Origin: Haliotis rufescens
Taxonomy: Eukaryota
DNA: 64,000 nt
Direction of reading: 5' to 3'
Assembly: GCF_023055435.1 (NCBI RefSeq)
Contig: NW_025963802.1
Span: 35,030,001 to 35,094,000 of the forward strand
Under the pieces are notes generated by a model that did not search any database, had not been told where the DNA came from, and saw nothing but the letters and a program-made list of their open reading frames with translations. Shown piece after piece: positions 12,806 to 24,782 of the stretch. The position numbers were made by a program, and so were the translations under genes. Position 1 is the first letter of the stretch. Each line of letters begins with the position of its first letter.

Positions 12806-12845
12806 GACAAAGAATCCAACAAACATTGGAATACTGTAACCAACC
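12787..12845 (-). CDS. Vmat: VMAT coding exon 3, 59 nt (not in the ORF track)
   Basis: Hand translation (R)VGYSIPMFVGFFVMTVSTI; acceptor ctatctccgcag|, donor TTA|GTAAGT; phases 2 and 1 match both neighbours. Confidence 0.93.
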
Positions 12846-12994
12846 CTGCGGAGATAGAAAAGCATGATGAGACTGTACACATATACAAAGTGATGTCTTG
12901 ATATAATTTCAATTTAAACTTTCTCTTTCAATAATATAAGTTTGTAAAGTTAATAGAGCAGTTCATATACATACAATTATTTTGTAAAATATAT

Positions 12995-14160
12995 CTATAT
13001 TGTCCTCTTTGTGTGATATATTGTCCTCTTTGTGTGATATATTACCCTCTACGTGTGATACATTACCCTCTATGTGTGATATATTACCCTCTACGTGTGA
13101 TATATTACACTCTATGTGTGATATATTAAACTCTATGTGTGTAATGTATTACCTTCCATGTGTGATATCTTACCCTCTATGTGTGATATATTACCCTCTA
13201 TGTGTGATACATTACACTCTATGTGTGACATATTACCCCTATGCGTGATATATTACCCTCTACGTGTGATATATTACACTCTATGTGTGATATATTACAC
13301 TCTATGTGTGTAATGTATTACCTTCCATGTGTGATATCTTACCCTCTATGTGTGATATATTACCCTCTATGTGTGATATATTACCCTCTATGTGTGATAC
13401 ATTACACTCTATGTGTGACATATTACCCCTATGCGTGATATATTACCCTCTACGTGTGATATATTACACTCTATGTGTGATATATTACACTCTATGTGTG
13501 TAATGTATTACCTTCCATGTGTGATATCTTACCCTCTATGTGTGATATATTACCCTCTATGTGTGATACATTACACTCTATGTGTGACATATTACCCCTA
13601 TGCGTGATATATTACCCTCTATGTGTGACATATTAATCTATTTTTGACATATTACCCCTATGCGTGTGTGATTTAATACTCTCTATGCATTGCATTATAC
13701 TCAATGTGATACATTTCCCTCTTTACGTCATACATTGCCCTCTTTACGTCATACATTGCCCTCTTTACGTCATACATTGCCCTTTCTGTGTCAAACATTG
13801 CCTTCTCTTTGTAATATATTGTCTTGTGCGATACATTGGCCTCTCTATGTGAAACATTACCCTCTCTTTGTAATATATCGTCCTGAGTGATAAATTGGGC
13901 TGTGATATATATTGTCCTCTCTATGTGATACATTGCCCTCTCTCTGTAATACATTGCCCTGTCTTTGTAATATATTGTCCTGTGTGATAAATTAGCCTGT
14001 GTAATATATTGTCCTCTCTATGTGATACATTGCCCACTCTCTCTGTGTAAAACATTACCCTCTTTGTGATATATTGTCCTCTGTGATAAATTGTCGTGTG
14101 TAATATATAGTCCTCTCAATGTGATACATTGTCCTCTCTATGTAAGATACATCGATGAGA
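12995..14160. repeat. 21-bp minisatellite (tatgtgtgatatattaccctc) with ~170-190-bp higher-order blocks, degenerating towards exon 2
   Basis: Direct inspection; variant gtaatgtattaccttcc recurs at about 13141, 13310, 13500. Confidence 0.92.
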
Positions 14161-14263
14161 TATATTTCCCTCGCTTCCTGATATATTGCCCTGCCTAAGT
14201 GGTATATAGCCATATGTATGACACGTTGCGCTAAACTACCTATGTGATATACTGCACACATAC

Positions 14264-14657
14264 CTGTTCGTCAGAGGTCCAATAAACGGGTTGGTAAGCA
14301 ACTGCATTATAGCTTTAGAAGCAAACATAAGCCCAACTTGCACATTTTCATTCGCAAGGGCCTTATGATCGAGTTTATTGTCAGTCGTGATGACGTTGGT
14401 AAGGTTTGTTTCATTGCTATATACACATATATACGGCACTGACGTCGTCATGACGTAATGGCGGGGAATATCCGAAAGTCCATCCCATGAATAACCACGA
14501 GAATCCTCTGAACTATTTTTAATATCAGTTGTAGGAAAATATCTTTCATCTGGGACCAGCGTACACACTGTAACCGTCTGGTTTATAACTTTAACTGTCG
14601 TCGTATTCTTCCTGTGGCTCTTCTCCAGCCTCCTCAGAAAGTTCGGCACAACCGGAA
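14264..14657 (-). CDS. Vmat: VMAT coding exon 2 (large lumenal loop + TM2), 394 nt
   Basis: VPVVPNFL...[29 protein letters not shown]; acceptor ttgttgtcag|, donor AG|GTATGT. Confidence 0.95.
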
Positions 14658-15175
14658 CTGACAACAAGGAAAGGATACAGTGAGCATGGCTGTCGTTGAC
14701 GAAAAGGATGGGGCATGATAAAGGTCCTTGCTGACCACTACCACTTAATACTTGCATTTCCTCTGAATTTACGTTTTGAATTTATCTGAAGTACAGATTT
14801 ATGTTTTTCTTAACTCGACTTCAAAACATTACGGCTCATCTAGCCATCGTGCATGTAATTACATTTTTTTCATTTCCGTGACAAGAAAAAAACCAGAAGC
14901 ATTTGTCATTTCTACATTCATACATCTTTGTGTATTTATTATACAAACTGTAACTAATTCAATTCCTAATTATGTGTTGTCACTTAACTTGTCACGTATA
15001 AATACACTATGGGGTATGTTTGCGTTATGTTTTCAGACGGCTTCATGGTTCAGTCGGGTGTGTCGAATCTCGGATAAGTCGAACAATTATCTGGTATCCA
15101 GGAGTTCGAGACAACGGGGTTCGAGTTTATATTAATCTAATATCTCAAATATTAACTTGCGCAAGCGCCACCTAC

Positions 15176-15335
15176 CGACAGTTGTGAGGAGCATGTTGTC
15201 GAGGAACAACGCGATGAAGACTATGATGAGAACGAGGCGCCGGGACTGACGGCATTTGGCTACACACCCTCCCCAGCTGGAGGTGGAGATACACTCCTTA
15301 ATGTTGGTGGTGGACAGGAACTCCTTCACCGTCAT
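15176..15335 (-). CDS. Vmat: VMAT first coding exon (N-terminus + TM1); exon acceptor at 15365/15366
   Basis: MTVKEFLSTT...RQSRRLVLIIVFIALFLDNMLLTTV; acceptor ttttcttgcag| upstream of the ATG at 15335; donor G|GTAGGT, phase 1. Confidence 0.92.
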
Positions 15336-15409
15336 CGTGTCTAGGTGGAGCTGCTCGTGTAGAACCTGCAAGAAAAGGTAGTGTTGAGTTGGGTGTACCG
15401 CAGCTTACA

Positions 15410-15575
15410 GTGAATGAGTGAGTATGGTTTTACGCCGCTTTTAGCAATATTCCAGCAATATCACGGCAGGGGACACCAGAAATGGGCTTCACACATTGTA
15501 CCCATGTCGGGAATCGAACCCGGGTCTTCGGCGTGACGAGCGAACACTTTAACCACTAGGCTCCCCGACGGCCCC
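15410..15575 (-). mobile_element. SINE family A copy about 45 bp upstream of the first coding exon acceptor
   Basis: Near-identical to 3762-3927; imperfect TSD cgc(a/t)gcttaca. Confidence 0.9.
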
Positions 15576-16264
15576 CGCTGCTTACAATAATACGTTCATT
15601 ACTGGTATTAGTTACTACAGCAATGTTACGCGATGGGCACCAAGAATGGGCAGAATACATTGTATCCATATCATGCAATTCAACCCTTGCCTTATGCGTG
15701 ATGAATTTTAATTTGAGTTTATTAAGGTTTTCAAATTAGATTTCTCAGGGAAATTTAAAGTCACTGTGACATTCACCTTGACCTCGACTTTTGATGACGT
15801 TAGGTAGGACGTGTCCAGGGTGTTATCATTATAAGGTAGACACAATTTTATGGATAACAACTTCTTTAATACTGTAAAAAGCGACGTTTCGGTGTAGATC
15901 CTTATACCGTTGTCAAGCAAGAGTGAATGAGGGACTTAGTACAGGATATGTATTGTAGGTGGAGGATTAACAGTAACAACAATTGCATATATGAGTGGGA
16001 TAACATAGGTAAGGTGTTGCCAACAAGGGGAGTGGGATAACATAGATAGGTGTTGACAACAAGGGGTTATCATTATTTTACACGTGAGAGAATTTGTTTG
16101 GAAAGTATTGCTTCTGTTTTGGGGATGCAGTTCATGTTATATAATAGATGCGACGATGGGTGCCTCTATGGCGTTTACGTTGTATTAGTAACATTGATAA
16201 TACTGTGCTGCCAAACAATTGATCTAAATTGCCCAGAAAGAACCAAGAACTAAAGATATAGTGT

Positions 16265-16497
16265 TTGTTGTTATTTAACGCCGCTCTCGGCAATATTCCA
16301 GCTATATGACGGTCTGTAAATAATCGAGTCTGGATCAGACAATCCAGTGATTGACATCATGAGCATCGATCCATGCTATCAGGATACGATGATATGCATC
16401 AACCACGTCAGCGAGCCTGACGACCCGATCCCGTTTGTCGCCTCGTACGACAACGATGCTTGCTGAAGACCTCTTCAAACCCGGATCTTCACGGGTC
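16265..16497 (-). mobile_element. Non-tRNA SINE family D, full length
   Basis: Begins GACCCGTGAAGATCC on the minus strand; ends with gcggcgttaaa-(CAA) tail. Confidence 0.85.
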
Positions 16498-16739
16498 CCA
16501 AAGGTAAGGCGAGTCTGGTTGTAGCAGTATTCCAACAACACCAGAAATACATCGATACATTGCTACATTGATACATTGATACACTGTTCCCATGCGAGGG
16601 AGAATCGAACATGGCCCTTCAGCGTGACGAGCGACCACTTTAACTACTGGGCTACGCCAATCAAAGGTACGTATCGGTGACACCATCAACATTCAACACC
16701 GCAATGAGACGGTGTTCAGAAGCTGCGTTTTAACACCGG

Positions 16740-16846
16740 GGCCCACTTGCACAAAGCGATCTTAGCGCTAAGATTATTGTAAGCCAATGTTAAAGTATGG
16801 GAGTTATGATCATCTTAGCGCTAATATCGCTTTGTGCAAGTGGGCC
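16740..16846. mobile_element. 107-bp MITE with GGCCC termini and 3-bp TSD (Harbinger/ISL2EU-like)
   Basis: TIR ggcccacttgcacaaagcgatcttagcgctaagat and its inverse; CGG on both sides. Confidence 0.8.
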
Positions 16847-17543
16847 CGGGTGTTGGGGAAAGAGACACTGGGTGAGTCGATGTGAAATCATGACAGGTTG
16901 TTCTGTGGCAACAAAGCTTTTACCACGACTGAACCGCACCCTTGACGCACGCTCTTGGAGAATCCATCTAAATGGCTGCAAAGTAATATGTGTCTGCACT
17001 GAAAGGGGGCGCTAAACGTTAATTATACGTCGAAATTCCACCACTCGGTGTACCATTTGCCGTGACAGTAAAATATGTACACGATGACAGTAAGCATGAC
17101 CTTGTTTCTCATTAGCTAAGTGCTATACCTACTGGCAGTAATCACAAATAGACACTGGGTTGCTACTGTGTATGTTCAGGGCAATCGATAGTGACGTGCT
17201 CATCTTAGCATGTAGTGCACATATACAGTCCCGGCCTATGGAAATGCTAACAGTTGATTTGGAGGCTCGGTTTTATCAACAGCGTATTTTATTTCTTGGT
17301 TTACTGTGCAAGCGGTACTGTTACAAGGTGTGTTGGCTGTTTACATGGGATGGTGGGTTGTTTTGTCATGAGTAATCCTTTCACAAATGTCATCACAGTT
17401 CAGGATAGCTTTATTCCGTGTACTGCCTTTGTTAAATGATTGAGTCACCTGGCGATTGACCAAATTTAGGCTTCACTTTGACCATGTACGGAATAGAACC
17501 CGGACAATAAGCGAACACTGTGACCACAGGGCTACCGCTATGT

Positions 17544-17752
17544 NNNNNNNNNNNNNNNNNNNNNNNNNNNNNNNNNNNNNNNNNNNNNNNNNNNNNNNNN
17601 NNNNNNNNNNNNNNNNNNNNNNNNNNNNNNNNNNNNNNNNNNNNNNNNNNNNNNNNNNNNNNNNNNNNNNNNNNNNNNNNNNNNNNNNNNNNNNNNNNNN
17701 NNNNNNNNNNNNNNNNNNNNNNNNNNNNNNNTACATAGATAGATAGATAGGT

Positions 17753-17824
<72 letters not shown>

Positions 17825-18750
17825 GTTTATATCACAAGTGCACTATATATATATATATACTGACGAGCAATATCAAAGTATTTTATACCTTTATCGGTCA
17901 AATCAAACTTTCTTTTTCCNNNNNNNNNNNNNNNNNNNNNNNNNNNNNNNNNNNNNNNNNNNNNNNNNNNNNNNNNNNNNNNNNNNNNNNNNNNNNNNNN
18001 NNNNNNNNNNNNNNNNNNNNNNNNNNNNNNNNNNNNNNNNNNNNNNNNNNNNNNNNNNNNNNNNNNNNNNNNNNNNNNNNNNNNNNNNNNNNNNNNNNNN
18101 NNNNNNNNNNNNNNNNNNNNNNNNNNNNNNNNNNNNNNNNNNNNNNNNNNNNNNNNNNNNNNNNNNNNNNNNNNNNNNNNNNNNNNNNNNNNNNNNNNNN
18201 NNNNNNNNNNNNNNNNNNNNNNNNNNNTATATATATATATATACTGACGAGCAATATCAAAGTATTTTATGCCTTTATCGGTCAAATCCAACTTCCTTTT
18301 ACCNNNNNNNNNNNNNNNNNNNNNNNNNNNNNNNNNNNNNNNNNNNNNNNNNNNNNNNNNNNNNNNNNNNNNNNNNNNNNNNNNNNNNNNNNNNNNNNNN
18401 NNNNNNNNNNNNNNNNNNNNNNNNNNNNNNNNNNNNNNNNNNNNNNNNNNNNNNNNNNNNNNNNNNNNNNNNNNNNNNNNNNNNNNNNNNNNNNNNNNNN
18501 NNNNNNNNNNNNNNNNNNNNNNNNNNNNNNNNNNNNNNNNNNNNNNNNNNNNNNNNNNNNNNNNNNNNNNNNNNNNNNNNNNNNNNNNNNNNNNNNNNNN
18601 NNNNNNNNNNNNNNNNNNNNNNNNNNNNNNNNNNNNNNNNNNNNNNNNNNNNNNNNNNNNNNNNNNNNNNNNNNNNNNTATATATATATATACTGACGAG
18701 CAATATCAAAGTATTTTATGCCTTTATCGGTCAAATCCAACTTTCTTTTT
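17544..18750. other. Assembly gap cluster (N at 17544-17731, 17920-18227, 18304-18678) with a ~75-bp segment repeated three times
   Basis: tatactgacgagcaatatcaaag... recurs after each gap. Confidence 0.9.
17733..17825. repeat. (GATA)n microsatellite
   Basis: Direct inspection. Confidence 0.97.
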
Positions 18751-19989
18751 CCAGGCAGTTTATATTGCTCATGTGCTTTATCAACAAAGTGCGTCCATCG
18801 TACAGGCTGTATCGTGTCTGTTCCCATTCTACCTCCTCCGACCACAAGGTCCACCTCTCACGTAGGAGGTATTTGTCTAAGGGTGAGCACTGGGGTTCAC
18901 TGAAGCGTGGAAACAGTGGTCGGATCGGAGGGCGGGCCGTTTGACAAGATCGACTGATGGATAACGATCTGAATCTAACAGTCCTACCCAAGCCTTTCAT
19001 CATCCCGGGCCGTATGTTGCTGAGCCTGGTCACAGCCATACAATGTCATCGCACCCGAGTTCGAGGGGGGGTTATAACACAGACGACCATGATGAGAACT
19101 AGAGTTCAAATATTTGTCAGAGTGGAAACCTGTCACAGAAACACGAAAAGATCATTACCCACTTCGACATGACTATACACCGACCGGTGGGAACGTTCTG
19201 CTTTATCAAGAAATCGATGCCGATGTACGCTGTTTTCAAAAGATGCGCACTTGGTGCAAACCTATAGCGCGACATAGGGCACTTGGGTGTAAGATATACT
19301 ACTTGTTGACATTTATATACATAACTGTAGAAGCGTATTAACATACAGTTAATCAACCGTCAAAGGGCAACTGGTGGATTTTGCCGATAGCAAGGATTGA
19401 GAATATCAAAAGATGTAGAAAACTTTGATGTGAAATACCACATGCTGTAATGATGCTTTGATATAAACAATATAACTTATTGATGAAACGTGGTCAGGCC
19501 ACATTTGAGCATACATGAAAATCTTAAATTTTCTTTAAAATTGCCACAAATTAGTAGGATTAAGTAAACTGATTTGAATTATGTGTCATGATATTTGTAG
19601 AAACACCTTTATATATTTCTTCCTTAGTATGTGCTAATGAAACAGCTTGCTGAAGTTTGTAAATACCTTTGACCAAGACTGGCCACAGCGTGGAGAGTTT
19701 CTGGACAAATGGGTTTCCCGAATTAAAATGGAAAGTATAATATACTTTATACGTTTTCATAATTGACAATGTTAGCTGTTAGGAAATTAGGAAATAAAGT
19801 TGCTCTACCCCCATGTATAGTGTGATAAAGTATAGTGCTGCCCTGAAGTATTACAGTTTAAGCACGAGAACGAGGACGCAGATTGGGTAAGTATTCGAAA
19901 CGCCTCTAAGAACCCGGCGGGCGACCCCTTTAGTTGCCGTGGGACAGTTACGGAAGGGAAGGAAACCCCTTTCGATTCCACTGAGCGCA

Positions 19990-20100
19990 AAAAGCAAAAT
20001 AGTGGTGAAAATATTTATATTGATCAATGAAAATCAGTGATGACACCAGGTGTTCGCGAAAAAGGTATCAAGTCCTGCTCTACCGGCAGCACCCGCCACT
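19990..20100 (-). mobile_element. Penelope-like element 3' end module
   Basis: Near-identical to 830-950. Confidence 0.65.
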
Positions 20101-20719
20101 TACACAATATGGATTAAAAAGTAAGTGCGTGTTGCCAAACGCCACCAGCAGTGAATGATATAAAAAAAATAAGCGCTTGTTTTTTGCCTAACGCCTCACA
20201 GCAATACGACGCGGCCTGTAAACAATCTAGTTTTACTCAGACAATACCTTATATGTCTGACGATTAAGATGGTTCCGAATATATAAAACACTTTGGCAAC
20301 AGTAATTGAAACATCAAACCTGTAGGGTTTCACATTGGTGTTTGGGTTTCCTGAAAAGTAGGCTACACAAACTTGAACACAATCAAGACCGCACAAAACA
20401 CTGCCACGACATGTTGTGTGCATACATATGTTTCATAGTTACAGTCTATTTCGGGAAGTGTTTCAAAATATAATGCGTCAATAAGGCCGTAAATAGCTGC
20501 TGTGTTATGGTGCAGCTTCTGGGTAGCGACGTGACGGACTAGAGTTGTTGTCCAACTGCCTTTTCAAGACGTATCGATACGAGGTATAGGTGTGAGAGCA
20601 CTTCATGCGCCAGTCTACCGATATAGTGTTGAGTGGTGTATGACGTGATGACACTTGTGGTATTGATTGTAAACCATTTGGAAGCGGACTCAAGCGTTTT
20701 TGTCCGGAGGCTTTCACGG

Positions 20720-21040
20720 TGTTGTGACGTTTTTGTGACGATATTGTGACGTTGTGATGTTGTGACATTGTGACGTTGTGATGTCATTACGTTGCGATGT
20801 TGTGACGTTGCGATGGTGTGGCGTTGTGGTGTTATTACGGTTATTGTTGTAACGTTGTGATGTTGTGACGTTGTGATATCGTGACGTTGTGATGTCGTTA
20901 CGTTGCGATGTTGTGACGTTGCGATGTTGTGACGTTGTGGTGTTATTACGTTGTGGTGTTGTGACGTTCTCATGTTGTAATGTTGTGACGCTGTGATGTA
21001 GGGACGTTGTGTTCTTGTGACGTGACGTTGTGATGTTGTG
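20720..21040. repeat. 8-bp minisatellite (tgtgacgt)n
   Basis: Direct inspection; explains the TSQ/H ORFs. Confidence 0.9.
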
Positions 21041-22574
21041 ACTGTTAATGATCTGTTCCAGATCTGGTAATGTTTGTCGGTTTTGTCAAACGTTGGCATT
21101 CGCTAAAGTTTGTTATGGGGTGCTTTTCAACATTAATTCTGTGATTAATTATTATTACGCATAAACAAGAGACGTGTTGGCCTTAGTAACATCGACACAT
21201 AGACTGCAAAATGAAACATTATGTCCTATAAACTCCCAGTTCGGTCTCCTAAATGACCCCATTTTCTTAACGCTTCTCAATTCCTTATTAATAGTCAACG
21301 TTTAGTTCACGAGAATGTTTTTTTACGGTAACATGGTTGCTAATTCTAGCTATTATATCTCAAGTTAGGAGCATACATCATTGTCTCGAACTATATCTCA
21401 GGTGGAGTTCGAGTAATCGCGTCTGTTGACATCGCCGGTGNNNNNNNNNNNNNNNNNNNNNNNNNNNNNNNNNNNNNNNNNNNNNNNNNNNNNNNNNNNN
21501 NNNNNNNNNNNNNNNNNNNNNNNNNNNNNNNNNNNNNNNNNNNNNNNNNNNNNNNNNNNNNNNNNNNNNNNNNNNNNNNNNNNNNNNNNNNNNNNNNNNN
21601 NNNNNNNNNNNNNNNNNNNNNNNNNNNNNNNNNNNNNNNNNNNNNNNNNNNNNNNNNNNNNCAGGTTTCTGGCAAGCCGAAGGGACGCAATTCTCCAAAG
21701 CGAATAGCGCCGTCTTGGACAACCGGGCCACCTGTGCTACTATTCCAGCAATATTATATAGTAATAATATATACGGTCATAATAGGACGCTGTATAATGA
21801 CTGATAACAGTCAGTGTAGAAATGTCAATGTATCAAATGTCATTCAAAACGGTAACAATAAATAAACTTGTGCTAAAATGAGCCCATTAACAAGGCAAAA
21901 AGCTTAATAAACCACATTGTTTTGTCCGCCAAAAATCGAAGCACCACTTAATTGTGTATGAGAAAAATCAGTATTTACATTCTTGTGGGGAGTCGACGTC
22001 AATACACAGCGTCAACAGAATCAACGACCAATGTTGTGGCTTTATTGTCTTTCGTGGCCGCCAATGATAAAAAACCAATCCGCGTGAGGTGGTCATTGAT
22101 TAGTAAATAGTTGTACGGTAACCAGCACTCAATTAAACAGACTCACTACACTCAGTCGGGGAAAGTATCCCCCGGGGTACTAGTCCTAACTTCATCCCAA
22201 TCACCAATCAATGATTAGAAGTGTCCATGCAAGGTGGTGGACGGGATATTTACAAATCTAAATGCTCGCCAATTAGTGATGTTTTCATAAATATTAGTCG
22301 CGATGAATATAGTATTTGTGTCTTCAGGTTCGAACATGCTGTTTCCATGGCAACCAGCACGCATTGAAGGGTTCTGGATATATTCATACATCGTATGTTG
22401 TTTATAGATGGAATTATTCATATGAAATAAACCGCATAATTTATACAGTGGGCTTAAACATTCAACATATTTTGTTGCCAATATGACATTTTATATGTTG
22501 ATAATGCATTTTATTGTAATAAAAAACGTGGATTACTGGCCTTGTCTTTAATGCATGATGTTAACATGTTAAGA

Positions 22575-22890
22575 GGTAGAGCGTCAGCCCGGAGAGCGGA
22601 AGGTCCAGCCGCGTCATTCCAAAAGACGTTAAAAGATGGTACTACTTGTTACCCTGCCTGGCGCTCGGCATTAAGGGGCTAAAACAAGGACTGGTCGGCT
22701 CGGAGTCAGTATACTGTGTCTGAGTGGGGTATTCATGTTAAACTGCGGCATGGTATCTCAGTGAGCTAGCACTATAAATCGGCATGAGTCCGGACTAGTA
22801 CAAGCAGCCACACACACACGTACAGCACGTCGCTACATAAGTGCGATAATCTTGGACGCGACGTTAAACCCAATTTTACCTCACCTCACC
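22575..22890 (+). mobile_element. SINE family C with ~12-bp TSD
   Basis: TSD taacatgttaag on both sides. Confidence 0.88.
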
Positions 22891-23039
22891 TAACATGTTA
22901 AGTTCATCACATCATAACTTGCTTGTAAATCTGGGGACCTGTAGAACACCATTGACACTGATATCACCTCAACTTGTACATGACGTGCTTATGGAATGAG
23001 AAAGGTTTACTGTATAGACATTAATAAAGTCTAAATAAA

Positions 23040-23180
23040 AGCGACAAAACCCTTTCCATAATCAACCGACATACCTGATAAAAGCCGAGTCGATTGTTCA
23101 ATTCCGGCTATATCATGAGCATGTGTTCATGAATTACTATCAAATAGTGATGACACCAGGTGTTCGCGGAAAGGTGAGTA
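23040..23180 (-). mobile_element. Penelope-like element 3' end module (similar copy at about 3200-3340)
   Basis: gagtcgattg...ttccg...gtgatgacaccaggtgttcgcggaaaggtgag. Confidence 0.6.
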
Positions 23181-23249
23181 CCTCGTCGGTTACATAGTTA
23201 GATCTATAAGTAACGATTCAGAGTGACAAATACTCTTTTTAGCAGTATC

Positions 23250-23825
23250 CCCCATCAGCAACCCCGAGGTACCCGACAGACTAAGAATATTCCTCATCAC
23301 ATACCCCGAGGTACCCGACAGACTGCAATATCCCCCATCATCTACCCCGAAGTACCCGACAGACTGCAATCTCCACCATCACCCCAGCCCGAGGTACCCG
23401 ACAGACTAAGAATATTCCTCATCACATACGCCGAGGTACCCGACAGACTGCAATATCCCCCATCATCTACCCCGAGGTACCCGACAGACTGCAATCTCCC
23501 CCATCACCTACCCCGAGGTACCCGACAGACTGCAATATTCCCCACCACCTACCCCGAGGTACCCGAAAGACTGCAATATCCCCCATCACCTACCCCGAGG
23601 TACCCGACAGACTGCAATATCCCCCATCACCTACCCCGAAGTACCCGTTAGACTGCAATATCCCCCATAACCAACCCCGAGGGACCCGACAGACTGCAAA
23701 ATCTCCCATCACCTACCCCGAGGTACCCGACAGACTGCAATATCCCCCATCACCTACCCCAAGGTACCCGACAGACTGCAATATTCCTTATCACCTGCCC
23801 CGAGGTACCCGAAAGACTGCAATAC
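23250..23825. repeat. 41-bp minisatellite, about 14 copies
   Basis: Unit taccccgaggtacccgacagactgcaatatcccccatcacc. Confidence 0.93.
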
Positions 23826-24720
23826 TGCGCACGCTTCCATCACTGTAATCTCTCACTCGGTTCATGCTGATTACGTATTATTATGTATCATGCGAGTAAA
23901 TAAACAATGTCAGTAAACAATGTCCACAAACTATGTCAATAAACAATCGTTGTAATAATCATTATGTAACTGATTCAATTAGCAACCATATTTTCGGATG
24001 TCACCGGGTATTGTCAACACGAGTATTTGACAATAGCTGTAGGCATTGGTCAATACGGTGTCCTTGATCTCAGTTACGTGGCACGCGAAGCCATTAGTAT
24101 CACCGTCGACATTAGTATGGTGCGTCGCCAGAAGATGAATGATGAAATAACACAGTGTTCGGATATGATTTCGACACTACCTGAAAGCTTTTGTCTACTG
24201 ATACGATTGCTATCACCTGTCAACATCGCAAACATTGTGTAATAATAATAATAATTCTTTGGAATAGGCCCGTTTACAACCTCAAACGTGTCCAGGCCAA
24301 CAAACCTGATCTTGTCCTTTTGGATTAATCCAATGAAATCATTTATATCATTGTAATTTTTGTCCCTTTTGACTCTAATGTCACGCTTGCAACCGAAGTA
24401 CCAAGTTGTCCGACTCCCCATCGTTCTCTGTGCCTTAGGATTGGTACCTCCCAACCTGTTGACTGAAATTGGGAGAGAATACAGCCCTTCTGACAATCTG
24501 GGTAATGCAGAAGGCTGAAGTGTGGGGGAGTTTCACATTCTCCGAAAGGTTCTGGGTGGGTTTGACTAGGCAGCGCTTCCTGGGAGAAGTCCCATTCGCT
24601 GTCTGGGCTGCGTGTAAAGGGGGCAAGGGCCCTGCGCTGATGATGAGCCTAATGAGCCTGACTGTGCCAGGATCACCCAAACCCTCTTGGCTACATTCAT
24701 TTATTTTTATCTGTATCAAA

Positions 24721-24722
24721 TA

Positions 24723-24768
<46 letters not shown>

Positions 24769-24782
24769 CGACGACGACGATG
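24721..24782. repeat. (ATG)n/(ACG)n microsatellite
   Basis: Direct inspection; source of the poly-H and poly-M ORFs. Confidence 0.97.

Larger units (their letters stand above)
1670..15365 (-). other. Vmat: VMAT (vesicular monoamine transporter, SLC18A1/A2-like) gene span within the window; 3' part continues beyond position 1, 5' UTR exon(s) further right
   Basis: Nine exons splice in phase to give a continuous MFS SLC18 protein. Multi-intron structure and the motifs [16 protein letters not shown] and [18 protein letters not shown] point to VMAT rather than VAChT. Confidence 0.95.

Noticed and set aside
17456-18944. ORFs containing X runs (also at 21378-21731 and 49444-50215)
   Set aside because: Artefacts of N gaps.
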